From the NCBI GenBank assembly GCA_964035575.1, contig OZ037837.1:1736001-1800000 (forward strand): 64,000 bases of DNA, read 5' to 3'. Below are positions 44,107 through 56,835 of this stretch, piece after piece (the first letter of the stretch is position 1; every line of letters begins with the position of its first letter). The notes below the pieces were generated by a model. That model was not told the DNA's origin, ran no database searches, and saw only the letters and a program-made list of their open reading frames with translations. The position numbers were made by a program, and so were the translations under genes. The DNA comes from Rhynchopus sp. YZ270_cl-10 (Eukaryota).

Positions 44107-47100
44107 GGCATACCTAGAAAGCGAATATGATATTCGGCCTATATTCGGATCCGAATATGCGTATTCGCCCTATATTCGGATCCGAATATAGGCGAATATA
44201 GGCCGAATATGACCCGAATACACGTATCACCAACAGGAATGTATCATATTTTTGAAATAGACCCCACCACGTTCCGCAATTGGCTCGGAAAATCCAAAAA
44301 TGGGGGGGAAGGGGAAAAAAAGAGAAAAAAAAGTCCAAAAAAAAAGAAGAAAGAAAGTCACTTTTGTATTTCGAAGCCCCGCGGGCTTTCCATGAATTTT
44401 CGCCGAAAATTATCGCGTTTAGGTTTGCACAATATATGACGTGCTTCGGTGAATTCTTTTCGGTGCACCCCTACACTATCAACAGGAATTTATCAGTTTA
44501 AACGCTAAAAAAAATATCATCAATGGGCCCAAAAAGCAGAAAGAGGAAGGTCGACGAGACGACCATTGTCTCGAGCAACACGGACGCGAGCGATTCCTCT
44601 TCCACCAGGGCACAAACAAAGAAAAGAGTGAAAAAATCAGCGAAGAAGGCAACGAATAAGCCTTCTACAAAGACTGCAAGCAAGCCACCAGCCAAGAAAG
44701 GCGGCGCGATAGAGAAGACCCCGGCGGAGAAGCGCAAAGAGACCATAGAGTCTCGGAAGAAGCTGAAGGAGGTGTCGGCGGAGGCGAAGGCGGGATCGTC
44801 GGTAACCGCGCAGGGTCGTTTAACCGCGCTGGAGAAGTACGACCGATCAATTGCAGAGTGTTATGAAGTATGTATCGCTAAAAATGTATTAAAAAACCGG
44901 TCAGTATAGAACAAAATGAGGGGCCACACTGCTACGGCGGCGCTAAAGTGACTAGGGTGAATACAAAGTAATAAAAAATAAAAAAAATGTAACAAATAAC
45001 AAAAAAATCTCAGGTAATGGAGGTTGATGAGCTCCCCTTCGAGGAAAAGGCAGCAGCGAAGAAAACAGGGCGAAAGGGAGACGACACAGTTCTTTTTTGT
45101 GTACATTGCCGTGGAGTGGTGCAACACGGTGAAAGTAGTACCGCCAAGGTACACGTCCAAAGCGACCGCCACAAAAATAATGAGCGTAGGGAGAAGAAGA
45201 AGAAGAAGAAGGCTGCAGCTCCAGTTGGTGACACGAAGGAGAAGCGGCAGCAGGTGTTGACGCCGGTGATGGGGTTGGCGGCGTTTGTCACAACATGGGC
45301 ATTGGCTGTGCTGGTCTGCGGACTCACAGAACGCCAAGCCGACATTATGTCGCTGCCAGTGCGTCCCCTCTTCGGAGAGGACTTCCCAACCGGGAAAACG
45401 GTCCTGGGCCGCTCCACGAAGTTCGTGAAGGAGATCGAGGGTGTGCTACTGAAGTTGGTTGAAGGGAAACCAATCCCTCTCGGGATAGATGGATCGGGTA
45501 TGCTAATAAACAAATGACCACTATCCCAAAATTTTTATTGCAGGACAGAGACATCTGGGTTTTTCGACATTGTGCATTGTAGCGTTCGTTGCAGGCCAAG
45601 CCCTCCTCATTCATATGGACGTAAAAGATACTGGAGAAGTCCACTGTGGTCGAGATGTGAAGGATGCTATCAACACAGCTCGAAAAAAATTTAATATCGC
45701 GCATTCTCCCGTGGTTGCTGATTATGGATCGATAAATGTGGTAGGGTTGTCTGACGAGGAAGCCAGTTGGTGTTTTGGCCACGTGACAAATTCGGCACTG
45801 AAAGCACACGTAAAAATTAACTACCAGCTGTCATATGTTTTTTGTACAGCGTTTAGTCAGCTTTTCTCTTGTAAAAGCCGACGAGTGCGCTGGCTCAATT
45901 TCCAGGAATCTTCTGTCAGCAACGCGCGTGAGTCGGCGGCGGACACACAAGACACCAGGATTCGTTTGAAAGTCGCTGTGGAGAAAAAAAGTGTCAGGGG
46001 CATGCAACGTTTGCTTCCGGGGCCGAAAATAGATGATATTGAAGAGCTTCTGGCCAAAGCAAAGGAGGTGTTGAGCGAAACGATCGATGTTGACGTTGAG
46101 AATGTTGATACGGCATCGCCGAAGACACCATCACTCACCAGCGACACCCGGTGGTTAGCCATGGCCGACCTTGCTATACACATTAGAGACAGACATCAAC
46201 CCCTGGTATCTTTCCTCGATAGTGAAATGGGGAGAAAGAAAAAGAACCAGTCTCTCCTCTCCCTCGTTGAACTTGTCAAAACGGACAGGTGGCAGGATCA
46301 TGTACGCGAAGTGTCGGCATTTGCAAACGATATCGAACCTCTTCTTCCATTCCTCAGAAAGGTGCAAAATCCCGGCACCAAAATTGCAGCGAGCTGGTGG
46401 TTTCCAGAGATTCAGAGGGTACTCACCAACAGCGACTACTCTGCGAATATGCGCGAGTGTTTATCAGCAGCATGGGCCGAGTACAAGTCGAGAGACCGGT
46501 TTGAGAAGTTAATATTCTTTGACTGCAATGTCATCCTCTCCGGGGACTATGATGATGATGACCTGCCGACAGGGGAGCCACAGTGTCAGGACGCAGAGAT
46601 GCAGAAATGGGGTGCTATTTTCTATGCTTTGCGCGAACCGACCGTGTGGAACGAATTCATCCTGTACCTCAACGCCGAAGCCCTTTTGTTTCAGGATGTT
46701 ACTGACCTGTTCGAGTTCTGGAGTCCAAGAGGCAGTGGAGGGTTACGCTTCCCGAATTTAGCGCCACACGTCCATGGATGGCTTTCAACCCCGATCAGCG
46801 TAACCTCAGTTGATGGATTATTTTCTTCCTTAAGTGCAATGAAAAATAAACGCTCCTCGAATTTATCTAAGGAAAAGTTTATTGAGAAGCTGATGCTGCG
46901 GAAGAACGGCAAGCTCCTTGGATTGCTTCAGGACAAGAAGGGGCTCCTCGGCGAGGCGGTGGAGCAGTCGGAATCGTCAGATTCCGACTGTGAGCCTCTC
47001 GCCGAGGAGCTCGAGATGATACCAGTGTTCTAAATGCTGGTATCATCTCGAGCTGCTTTTTCATGAGCAAACAAAAAAAAAAAACAAAAAAAAACCCCTC

Positions 47101-47568
47101 TTTGTTTGCACTACTCCTACTACTACTTCAATCTTAAGTCCACACCCACGTGGCGGACGCTTTGGCATGCGTCTGTAAGGACAGCCTTGATACTTTCTGT
47201 ATTGCCTCTTTTCCATCAACAGTGCTTTTTGTGCTTTCAACTTCTCTTGTTTTTGCAAAGACACCGATCATCAAAAGACCCCCACACCCACCCCCCAATA
47301 CACGCGTTTCGCTACCTCATGTCCCCACCCACCCCCATCCAAACTCACTCACACCCTTTCTGCAGTCTAGATTCTGTGTATTCGGATCCGAATATAGGGC
47401 GAATATGATATTCGGCCTATATTCGGATCCGAATATAGGCCGAATATGCATATTCGGCCTATATTCGGATCCGAATACGATATTCGGATCCGAATATAGG
47501 CCGAATATGGCCCAAGAATTTTGGATCCGAATATAGGCCGAATATCATATTCGCTTTCTAGGTATGCC
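44107..47568 (+). mobile_element. Putatively autonomous GGCATAC-terminus transposon D
   Basis: TIR GGCATACCTAGAAAGCGAATATGATATTCGGCCTATATTCGGATCC; TA on both sides; palindromic TATTCGGATCCGAATA subterminal repeats; transposase gene. Confidence 0.9.
44523..47033 (+). CDS. hAT-like (CGGBP1-type) transposase, 772 aa; exons 44523-44867, 45014-45497, 45544-47033
   Basis: Two GTATG..CAG introns join three ORFs in frame (2319 nt); LFCxxC..H.....H finger, IDGS, ADYGS, CFGH, DTRW, FW..RFPNL..PISVTSVDGLFS. Confidence 0.85.
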
Positions 47569-47591
47569 TAGGGGGGGGGGGGGGGGGGGGG

Positions 47592-48781
47592 TAGGGGGTC
47601 CGACTCCCTAGTAAAATTTTGTCCGGTTTTTAATTTTTTCAACATTAGGCCATTTCCCGGGCACCCCCGGGTGAATCCTGCCCCCAAAATAGGGTTTCTG
47701 GGCCCTGTGGGGCTAAATTCACCCTCTAGGTACCCCAAAATATGAAAAAAATTGAAAAATATGGTGAAAAATCGGGTTTTTGGCCTTTTGGGCACTATGG
47801 CCAGTTTTGACTAAATTTCCAAAAAAAAATCAAAAAAAGCCCCAAAAATAGACGAAAAAAGGAGTCTCTGGCCACAATTTCGGCCCAAAAATGTGTTTTG
47901 AGTCCATTGCAAACGGTTTTTCGCCTTTTTGCCACTTTTTTTGACGATTTTTTGGTGTTTTTAGGTGCAAAAACAACCCCAGAACAACCCCAGAACAACC
48001 CCAGAACACTTTTTCACCACATTCTGGATCAATATCTAGTCGAACTTTTTGCTGAAAACCGCCGAAAAACCACCCCTGTAAGTCAGATTATACCGAATGG
48101 TGCTCCAATTCCCACAATAACACCCAAATCTACGTCAGAAAATAGGGGGAAAAAAACACACTTTTTTCAAAAAGGTCGTCAGGCAGGTTCCATAATGAGC
48201 TTTTTGAAAAAAGTGTGTTTTTTTCCCCCTATTTTCTGACGTAGATTTGGGTGTTATTGTGGGAATTGGAGCACCATTCGGTATAATCTGACTTACAGGG
48301 GTGGTTTTTCGGCGGTTTTCAGCAAAAAGTTCGACTAGATATTGATCCAGAATGTGGTGAAAAAGTGTTCTGGGGTTGTTCTGGGGTTGTTTTTGCACCT
48401 AAAAACACCAAAAAATCGTCAAAAAAAGTGGCAAAAAGGCGAAAAACCGTTTGCAATGGACTCAAAACACATTTTTGGGCCGAAATTGTGGCCAGAGACT
48501 CCTTTTTTCGTCTATTTTTGGGGCTTTTTTTGATTTTTTTTTGGAAATTTAGTCAAAACTGGCCATAGTGCCCAAAAGGCCAAAAACCCGATTTTTTACC
48601 ATATTTTTCAATTTTTTTCATATTTTGGGGTACCTAGAGGGTGAATTTAGCCCCACAGGGCCCAGAAACCCTATTTTGGGGGCAGGATTCACCCGGGGGT
48701 GCCCGGGAAATGGCCTAATGTTGAAAAAAATAAAAACCGGACAAAATTCCTTAAGGAATTCCTTAAGAGTCGGACCCCCTA
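47592..48781. mobile_element. hAT-type foldback element E
   Basis: ~580-bp arms starting TAGGGGGTCCGACTC, 25-nt loop at 48175-48199; related to 56034-56835. Confidence 0.88.
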
Positions 48782-51700
48782 GGCATACCTAGAAAGCGAA
48801 TATGATATTCGGCCTATATTCGGATCCAAAATTCTTGGGCCATATTCGGCCTATATTCGGATCCGAATATCGTATTCGGATCCGAATATAGGCCGAATAT
48901 GCATATTCGGCCTATATTCGGATCCGAATATAGGCCGAATATCATATTCGCCCTATATTCGGATCCGAATACACAGAATCTAGACTGCAGAAAGGGTGTG
49001 AGTGAGTTTGGATGGGGGTGGGTGGGGACATGAGGTAGCGAAACGCGTGTATTGGGGGGTGGGTGTGGGGGTCTTTTGATGATCGGTGTCTTTGCAAAAA
49101 CAAGAGAAGTTGAAAGCACAAAAAGCACTGTTGATGGAAAAGAGGCAATACAGAAAGTATCAAGGCTGTCCTTACAGACGCATGCCAAAGCGTCCGCCAC
49201 GTGGGTGTGGACTTAAGATTGAAGTAGTAGTAGGAGTAGTGCAAACAAAGAGGGGTTTTTTTTTGTTTTTTTTTTTTTGTTTGCTCATGAAAAAGCAGCT
49301 CGAGATGATACCAGCATTTAGAACACTGGTATCATCTCGAGCTCCTCGGCGAGAGGCTCACAGTCGGAATCTGACGATTCCGACTGCTCCACCGCCTCGC
49401 CGAGGAGCCCCTTCTTGTCCTGAAGCAATCCAAGGAGCTTGCCGTTCTTCCGCAGCATCAGCTTCTCAATAAACTTTTCCTTAGATAAATTCGAGGAGCG
49501 TTTATTTTTCATTGCACTTAAGGAAGAAAATAATCCATCAACTGAGGTTACGCTGATCGGGGTTGAAAGCCATCCATGGACGTGTGGCGCTAAATTCGGG
49601 AAGCGTAACCCTCCACTGCCTCTTGGACTCCAGAACTCGAACAGGTCAGTAACATCCTGAAACAAAAGGGCTTCGGCGTTGAGGTACAGGATGAATTCGT
49701 TCCACACGGTCGGTTCGCGCAAAGCATAGAAAATAGCACCCCATTTCTGCATCTCTGCGTCCTGACACTGTGGCTCCCCTGTCGGCAGGTCATCATCATC
49801 ATAGTCCCCGGAGAGGATGACATTGCAGTCAAAGAATATTAACTTCTCAAACCGGTCTCTCGACTTGTACTCGGCCCATGCTGCTGATAAACACTCGCGC
49901 ATATTCGCAGAGTAGTCGCTGTTGGTGAGTACCCTCTGAATCTCTGGAAACCACCAGCTCGCTGCAATTTTGGTGCCGGGATTTTGCACCTTTCTGAGGA
50001 ATGGAAGAAGAGGTTCGATATCGTTTGCAAATGCCGACACTTCGCGTACATGATCCTGCCACCTGTCCGTTTTGACAAGTTCAACGAGGGAGAGGAGAGA
50101 CTGGTTCTTTTTCTTTCTCCCCATTTCACTATCGAGGAAAGATACCAGGGGTTGATGTCTGTCTCTAATGTGTATAGCAAGGTCGGCCATGGCTAACCAC
50201 CGGGTGTCGCTGGTGAGTGATGGTGTCTTCGGCGATGCCGTATCAACATTCTCAACGTCAACATCGATCGTTTCGCTCAACACCTCCTTTGCTTTGGCCA
50301 GAAGCTCTTCAATATCATCTATTTTCGGCCCCGGAAGCAAACGTTGCATGCCCCTGACACTTTTTTTCTCCACAGCGACTTTCAAACGAATCCTGGTGTC
50401 TTGTGTGTCCGCCGCCGACTCACGCGCGTTGCTGACAGAAGATTCCTGGAAATTGAGCCAGCGCACTCGTCGGCTTTTACAAGAGAAAAGCTGACTAAAC
50501 GCTGTACAAAAAACATATGACAGCTGGTAGTTAATTTTTACGTGTGCTTTCAGTGCCGAATTTGTCACGTGGCCAAAACACCAACTGGCTTCCTCGTCAG
50601 ACAACCCTACCACATTTATCGATCCATAATCAGCAACCACGGGAGAATGCGCGATATTAAATTTTTTTCGAGCTGTGTTGATAGCATCCTTCACATCTCG
50701 ACCACAGTGGACTTCTCCAGTATCTTTTACGTCCATATGAATGAGGAGGGCTTGGCCTGCAACGAACGCTACAATGCACAATGTCGAAAAACCCAGGTGT
50801 CTCTGTCCTGCAATAAAAATTTTGGGATAGTGGTCATTTGTTTATTAGCATACCCGATCCATCTATCCCGAGAGGGATTGGTTTCCCTTCAACCAACTTC
50901 AGTAGCACACCCTCGATCTCCTTCACGAACTTCGTGGAGCGGCCCAGGACCGTTTTCCCGGTTGGGAAGTCCTCTCCGAAGAGGGGACGCACTGGCAGCG
51001 ACATAATGTCGGCTTGGCGTTCTGTGAGTCCGCAGACCAGCACAGCCAATGCCCATGTTGTGACAAACGCCGCCAACCCCATCACCGGCGTCAACACCTG
51101 CTGCCGCTTCTCCTTCGTGTCACCAACTGGAGCTGCAGCCTTCTTCTTCTTCTTCTTCTCCCTACGCTCATTATTTTTGTGGCGGTCGCTTTGGACGTGT
51201 ACCTTGGCGGTACTACTTTCACCGTGTTGCACCACTCCACGGCAATGTACACAAAAAAGAACTGTGTCGTCTCCCTTTCGCCCTGTTTTCTTCGCTGCTG
51301 CCTTTTCCTCGAAGGGGAGCTCATCAACCTCCATTACCTGAGATTTTTTTGTTATTTGTTACATTTTTTTTATTTTTTATTACTTTGTATTCACCCTAGT
51401 CACTTTAGCGCCGCCGTAGCAGTGTGGCCCCTCATTTTGTTCTATACTGACCGGTTTTTTAATACATTTTTAGCGATACATACTTCATAACACTCTGCAA
51501 TTGATCGGTCGTACTTCTCCAGCGCGGTTAAACGACCCTGCGCGGTTACCGACGATCCCGCCTTCGCCTCCGCCGACACCTCCTTCAGCTTCTTCCGAGA
51601 CTCTATGGTCTCTTTGCGCTTCTCCGCCGGGGTCTTCTCTATCGCGCCGCCTTTCTTGGCTGGTGGCTTGCTTGCAGTCTTTGTAGAAGGCTTATTCGTT

Positions 51701-52244
51701 GCCTTCTTCGCTGATTTTTTCACTCTTTTCTTTGTTTGTGCCCTGGTGGAAGAGGAATCGCTCGCGTCCGTGTTGCTCGAGACAATGGTCGTCTCGTCGA
51801 CCTTCCTCTTTCTGCTTTTTGGGCCCATTGATGATATTTTTTTTAGCGTTTAAACTGATAAATTCCTGTTGATAGTGTAGGGGTGCACCGAAAAGAATTC
51901 ACCGAAGCACGTCATATATTGTGCAAACCTAAACGCGATAATTTTCGGCGAAAATTCATGGAAAGCCCGCGGGGCTTCGAAATACAAAAGTGACTTTCTT
52001 TCTTCTTTTTTTTTGGACTTTTTTTTCTCTTTTTTTCCCCTTCCCCCCCATTTTTGGATTTTCCGAGCCAATTGCGGAACGTGGTGGGGTCTATTTCAAA
52101 AATATGATACATTCCTGTTGGTGATACGTGTATTCGGGTCATATTCGGCCTATATTCGCCTATATTCGGATCCGAATATAGGGCGAATACGCATATTCGG
52201 ATCCGAATATAGGCCGAATATCATATTCGCTTTCTAGGTATGCC
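48782..52244 (-). mobile_element. Second, inverted, near-identical copy (F) of the GGCATAC transposon
   Basis: Same TIRs, TA on both sides; reverse complement of 44107-47568. Confidence 0.9.
49318..51828 (-). CDS. hAT-like (CGGBP1-type) transposase, copy 2; introns 51338-51483 and 50808-50853
   Basis: ORF translations identical to copy 1; one synonymous His codon difference noticed (CAT/CAC). Confidence 0.85.
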
Positions 52245-52266
52245 TAGGGGGGGGGGGGGGGGGTAT

Positions 52267-55200
52267 CACGACGGACTAGTTATGGCCATGACAGGTGATA
52301 TGACAGGTGGTGTTACTAGTTATAAATATGACAGGTGATAATTGAATATTACTAGTCATATGACAGGTGGTACCTGTAAAATGACAGGTGCACCTGTCAT
52401 TTTGACAGGTGCACCTGTCAAATGACAGGTGGTACCTGTCAAAATGACAGGTACCACCTGTCATATGACAGGTGTTTTTGCCGGTGGCTATTGCCTCCCA
52501 GGGAAAGGGACTCTCGAATTTTTTTTTTTGCCCCCTTTTAGGGCGAATTTCGACGATTTGAGGCCATTAAAAGCAAAATTTGACACTTTTGAGCATCTAT
52601 GGGGGTCTAAAACGCGATTTTGCGCACCACGATTTTTCGTGGGATTTACGAAAGACAAGTCAATTTTTGACCCCAAAAAAATTCACAAAATTGCCCTCGG
52701 TGGTCCTCACCCCCACATGTCCTCAATACTGGGCGAAAAAATGCAAAAAAACGCAAAAATCGGGTGTTTTAATCTGGGTGCACCAAATACACGGGAGTGC
52801 GGTACTAAGCCATAATCAGTTTTTCCGCGCTGAAGAATCCGATGAAGAATTCTTCAAAAAAAAAAAAAGGTACAAATAAAAAAATTGAAGAGGTGGGCTG
52901 GGGCCCGAAGGGTCGCCCACCTCTTTCATCTTCCTCCCAGCCTCCTCGCCCGAGCCATCTGCCGACTATTTCCTTCCGTTGCAACCCGACCTCGGAGATG
53001 ACAAGGAGTGGGGAGAAGCTCCTGGTGGATCCGGTGAAGCCGGGGACAAGCAGAGAGGAGATGAAGACGCAACTGAAGAAGGAGTACGGGATAATGCGAG
53101 TTTGTGCGACTCGCCTTCTGACCCCCTGTTTCGTCTTGCGAAGATGAGCGGGCATTTTCGTGATTGAAGTTGGTGAAGACACGTCTCCGCTCACAAGTTG
53201 TCGACGAACCCCTTGCTGCACTTTTGCATGCCAAGAACCATCCCGAGGGTACCTCAGTGAGGAGGTGTCCGCAGAGATTCTGCATCTCTTTGAATATCAT
53301 AAAGATCCACCCCACCCACCACCGTGCGAAAGCTCAGAACTTCCGGCGCGCTACGCGCGCCGGGCTCGGGACGTATTTACCTTTTATGCACAAAATCACT
53401 ATTCTTCATCAAAAATCCCGCTGCATTTTTTACAATGTACCCTAATTTTTTTCCGATCCAAAAAAATGGAAAAAGCCCGGGTGCCCGCCCACCCCTGCAA
53501 AAATCGACTTGTACAGCCATTGCTTTGGTGTGGGCTTGTTCACACCGGGCAGAGTGCGAGTTATTCTCAGCAACACGGCCCCGGCCCCCCAGATTTTTCC
53601 CGTAAGAAAACCACCTGCGCGAACCATAGGCATTTTTTGTCCTCCCTCAAGTGCTCCCTCGAACCTGGCGGGAGGGAGGGAAATAGCTATTTACTGACGC
53701 AGTGGTGGGTTTGTATGTCCAATGATGTTCTCGTACCTGGAGAGTGGACCGAGTGCGAGGTATGTTTTTAACCCCCGGTTTTCACCACCCCCGCTCCCCC
53801 TTTTCGACATTTTCCCGCTCTGGATGTACGTCTCGCCTCCGGATGTAAATTGAAGCTATTTTTTCCCGCCCAAATTAGCGACTCAGGATTTGTGCACCTC
53901 TATCTATCTCTTGTTGGGTGTCCACCCCGGTACAGCCGGTCATGTACCAAGGTACACTGTTCACGAGAGGGTTTTGTATTTCAAGTCAACTTTTTCTTTT
54001 TGTTCTAAATGTCACTTTTGTCCTCAATTTCTCTTAACAGGTACCCGAACCGACGACCCTTCATTGTGACAGCGAAGCAGTGCCGACGGACGAGCTGGTG
54101 CAAATATTTCAAAATCAGGTGGCGACCGAGACCACCCTAATGAAAAAGTCGGGTTTATAAACCAACTTTTCCATTAACCCACCCCATAGACCACCCTAAT
54201 TATTATGAAACTCTTAGTCAGTCACTGCTATAGCCATTAACCCAGGGAGCATAGCTAGTGCAAGAAATTCGACTTCGGGATCCGGAAAGTCTGTCCTCTG
54301 CTTGCGGAGGACTAGGCACAATAAAATATTGCGTTCCCCCAGAAACCAGTTTTTGTCACAGTAATTTTTGCCCAGGGCATGCTCTTGAAGCATGGCGGCT
54401 TGGTGTGAGAAGGGGCAGTGTGTTGTTTTGTTCTAGATTTCAACGGTTGTTAGAACGAGTCAAGTGGATGCTTATCTAAACACTGACTTTAGTACAGACC
54501 CGAGAGATCACACATGACTTTGAGGAAAGAACAAAGCAATGCATCTGTACCCGCACGCCAGGTTGTAGTTACTTCAGAATTTTCTTAAGTTTGCGCGAAA
54601 GAGAGCGGGGGCAACTCCTTTGTATCATAAGCCCGCTGTGCAGAACAAAGCGAGGAACCTTAAAACACTACCTGCGTGGTGGCTGAATTCACATCCCTTA
54701 GAATTACCAGAATTCAGCCTTTGTTGAAGTAACGTACATACTTGTATGTGCGTGTCACGCTTCTCCATCCTTAAATGGGTGCACTGCTTCACTGCAGCGG
54801 GTAAGCCTCTCTCGACTAGTGCAAACTTAAGAATTTTCTGCTGTAACTTACCAAAATCGATTTTCTTTCACCCCAAACACCCGCAACACCCCACCTGCTA
54901 CTTCGGTAGCCTGTGTTGTTGGGAGTTGGTTCTCATGTTGATCCCCAGTGTTTTGCACTGCTTCTTCTGAGCCCAACGCTGTTTGGCCTGTCGACGTAAT
55001 AAATACGAAGACAGGGCGGCGGTGCCAACAATTTTCCGATGATGTAACGTTTATCTGATTGATTTATCGTTTGATCTACCTTGTGTGCTACTTCATGCAC
55101 ACCCAAGAAAGGTTATTGAACGGTACTTTCAAGCGATACTTCGTTATGTCATTGGGGGTACCTGGGTACCTGGGTACCTGGGTACCTGGGTACCTGGTGC

Positions 55201-55312
55201 CTGTATGTTGACAGGTGGTACCTGTCAAAATGACAGGTACCACCTGTCAAAAATTTTCACCTGTCATTTTACTAGTAAAATCACCTGTCATGGTCATAAC
55301 TAGTCCGTCGTG
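52267..55312. mobile_element. CACTA/CMC-like non-autonomous element G with cargo
   Basis: TIR CACGACGGACTAGTTATG(G/A)CCATGACAGGTGAT; ATGACAGGTG subterminal repeats; flanks TAT / TAA (3-bp TSD, one mismatch); coding remnant at ~53000-53300. Confidence 0.8.
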
Positions 55313-55876
55313 TAAAGGACCATGTTATGGGTTTGGTCATGTTTTTGGGTGGGAAGGGGGTACTTTTTCATACACCGTGGGGTGAAATTTTGTGCAACAC
55401 AGTGTGACGACACATGATCTAATGATAAATGTATCGTCTGAAAAAAAATTCTCACCTCCTTGCGACCTCGCAAGTGGTCATGAATCATGGAAATCCACAT
55501 CATCCACATCATCTTTCTGCCCGTGCCTGTACCATGACTGGTCAGGGATGACGATGTTGCCTCAGATTCCGTGAGGTGTCCCAAACGTATCGCCCACGCG
55601 GCACAAACGTACCCACCTGCACCCATCTACCTGCACACCCGATGAAAAACAGGGGTGAAGGATTATTTGCACTTTACCCTTTCCTCATTTCGAGCTTGTC
55701 TCCAGCTTCAAATCAGACCAGTCCTACAGTCTCCGGATGTACGACCCGCTGAACACATCAGCCCCTCCCAACAAACCATCAAACAATACAGGTATGCGCT
55801 GCATTATGTGAAACTATCACCCCATAATTACACGCCAGGTGGTGTGTCGCGGTGATAATTACCCAAAAATTGCCTG

Positions 55877-55920
55877 GTGGCTGGTACTTTACCCCCCCAG
55901 GGGGGTAAAGTACCAGCCAC
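55877..55920. repeat. Perfect 21-bp-arm palindrome
   Basis: GTGGCTGGTACTTTACCCCCC-CA-GGGGGGTAAAGTACCAGCCAC; contains the GGGGTAAAG motif of the outer element. Confidence 0.85.
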
Positions 55921-56033
55921 AACAGGGTACTATAAGGGGGGGGGGTAAAGGACCATGTTATTTTGGCCTGAACCGTTTTTTTCTGAAAAAGGGGGTAAAA
56001 TAAGGGGGGGGGGGGGGGGTAAAGGAAGGGGGG

Positions 56034-56835
56034 TAGGGGGTCCGACTCCCTAGTAAAATTTTGTCCGGTTTTTAATTTTTTCAACATTAGGCCATTTCCC
56101 GGGCACCCCCGGGTGAATCCTGCCCCCAAAATAGGGTTTCTGGGCCCTGTGGGGCTAAATTCACCCTCTAGGTACCCCAAAATATGAAAAAAATTGAAAA
56201 ATATGGTGAAAAATAGGCTATTTTGGCCTTTTGGGCAACATAGCCGATTTTGACCAAATTTCCAAAAAATCAAAAAAAAGCCCAAAAAATAGACGAAAAA
56301 AGGCGTGTCTGGACACAATTTCGACCCAAAAATGTGTTTTGAGTCAATTGAAAACAGGGTTTCACCCTTTTGACAATTTTTTTGACGTTTTTTTGTGTTT
56401 TTAGGTGAAAAAACGCATGAGGTGGACCGGGGTTGGACCGGGGTTGGACCGGGGACAAGAAAAACACAAACAAGGCGTCGCAAAATTGTCTAAAGTGTGA
56501 AAAACCGGTTGTAATTGACTCAAGCCACGTATTTCCGTCGAAATTGTGTCCAGAGACGCCCTTTTTCGTCTATTTTTTGGGCTTTTTTTGATTTTTTTTT
56601 GGAGACACCATTTTTAGTCAAAAACCGGCCATTTTGCCTAAGGCTAAAATAGCCTATTTTCACCATATTTTTCAATTTTTTTCATATTTTGGGGTACCTA
56701 GAGGGTGAATTTAGCCCCACAGGGCCCAGAAACCCTATTTTGGGGGCAGGATTCACCCGGGGGTGCCCGGGAAATGGCCTAATGGTGAAAAAATTAAAAA
56801 CCGGACAAAATTTTACTAGGGAGTCGGACCCCCTA
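56034..56835. mobile_element. hAT-type foldback element H
   Basis: TIR TAGGGGGTCCGACTCCCTAG (~285-bp arms); 8-bp TSD AAGGGGGG at 56026-56033 and 56836-56843. Confidence 0.9.

Noticed and set aside
44107..52244. Simple fold-back sequencing artefact as the explanation of the palindrome
   Set aside because: Arms are asymmetric (G-run 47571-47591 not mirrored, different sequence at ~48745-48770, a SNP and repeat-count differences) and each element has its own junctions; still needs read confirmation
42914..56835. Reading foldbacks C, E and H as GGGGG-ended elements with TA TSDs
   Set aside because: H has an unambiguous 8-bp TSD (AAGGGGGG) outside TAGGG...CCCTA, so TA belongs to the TIR
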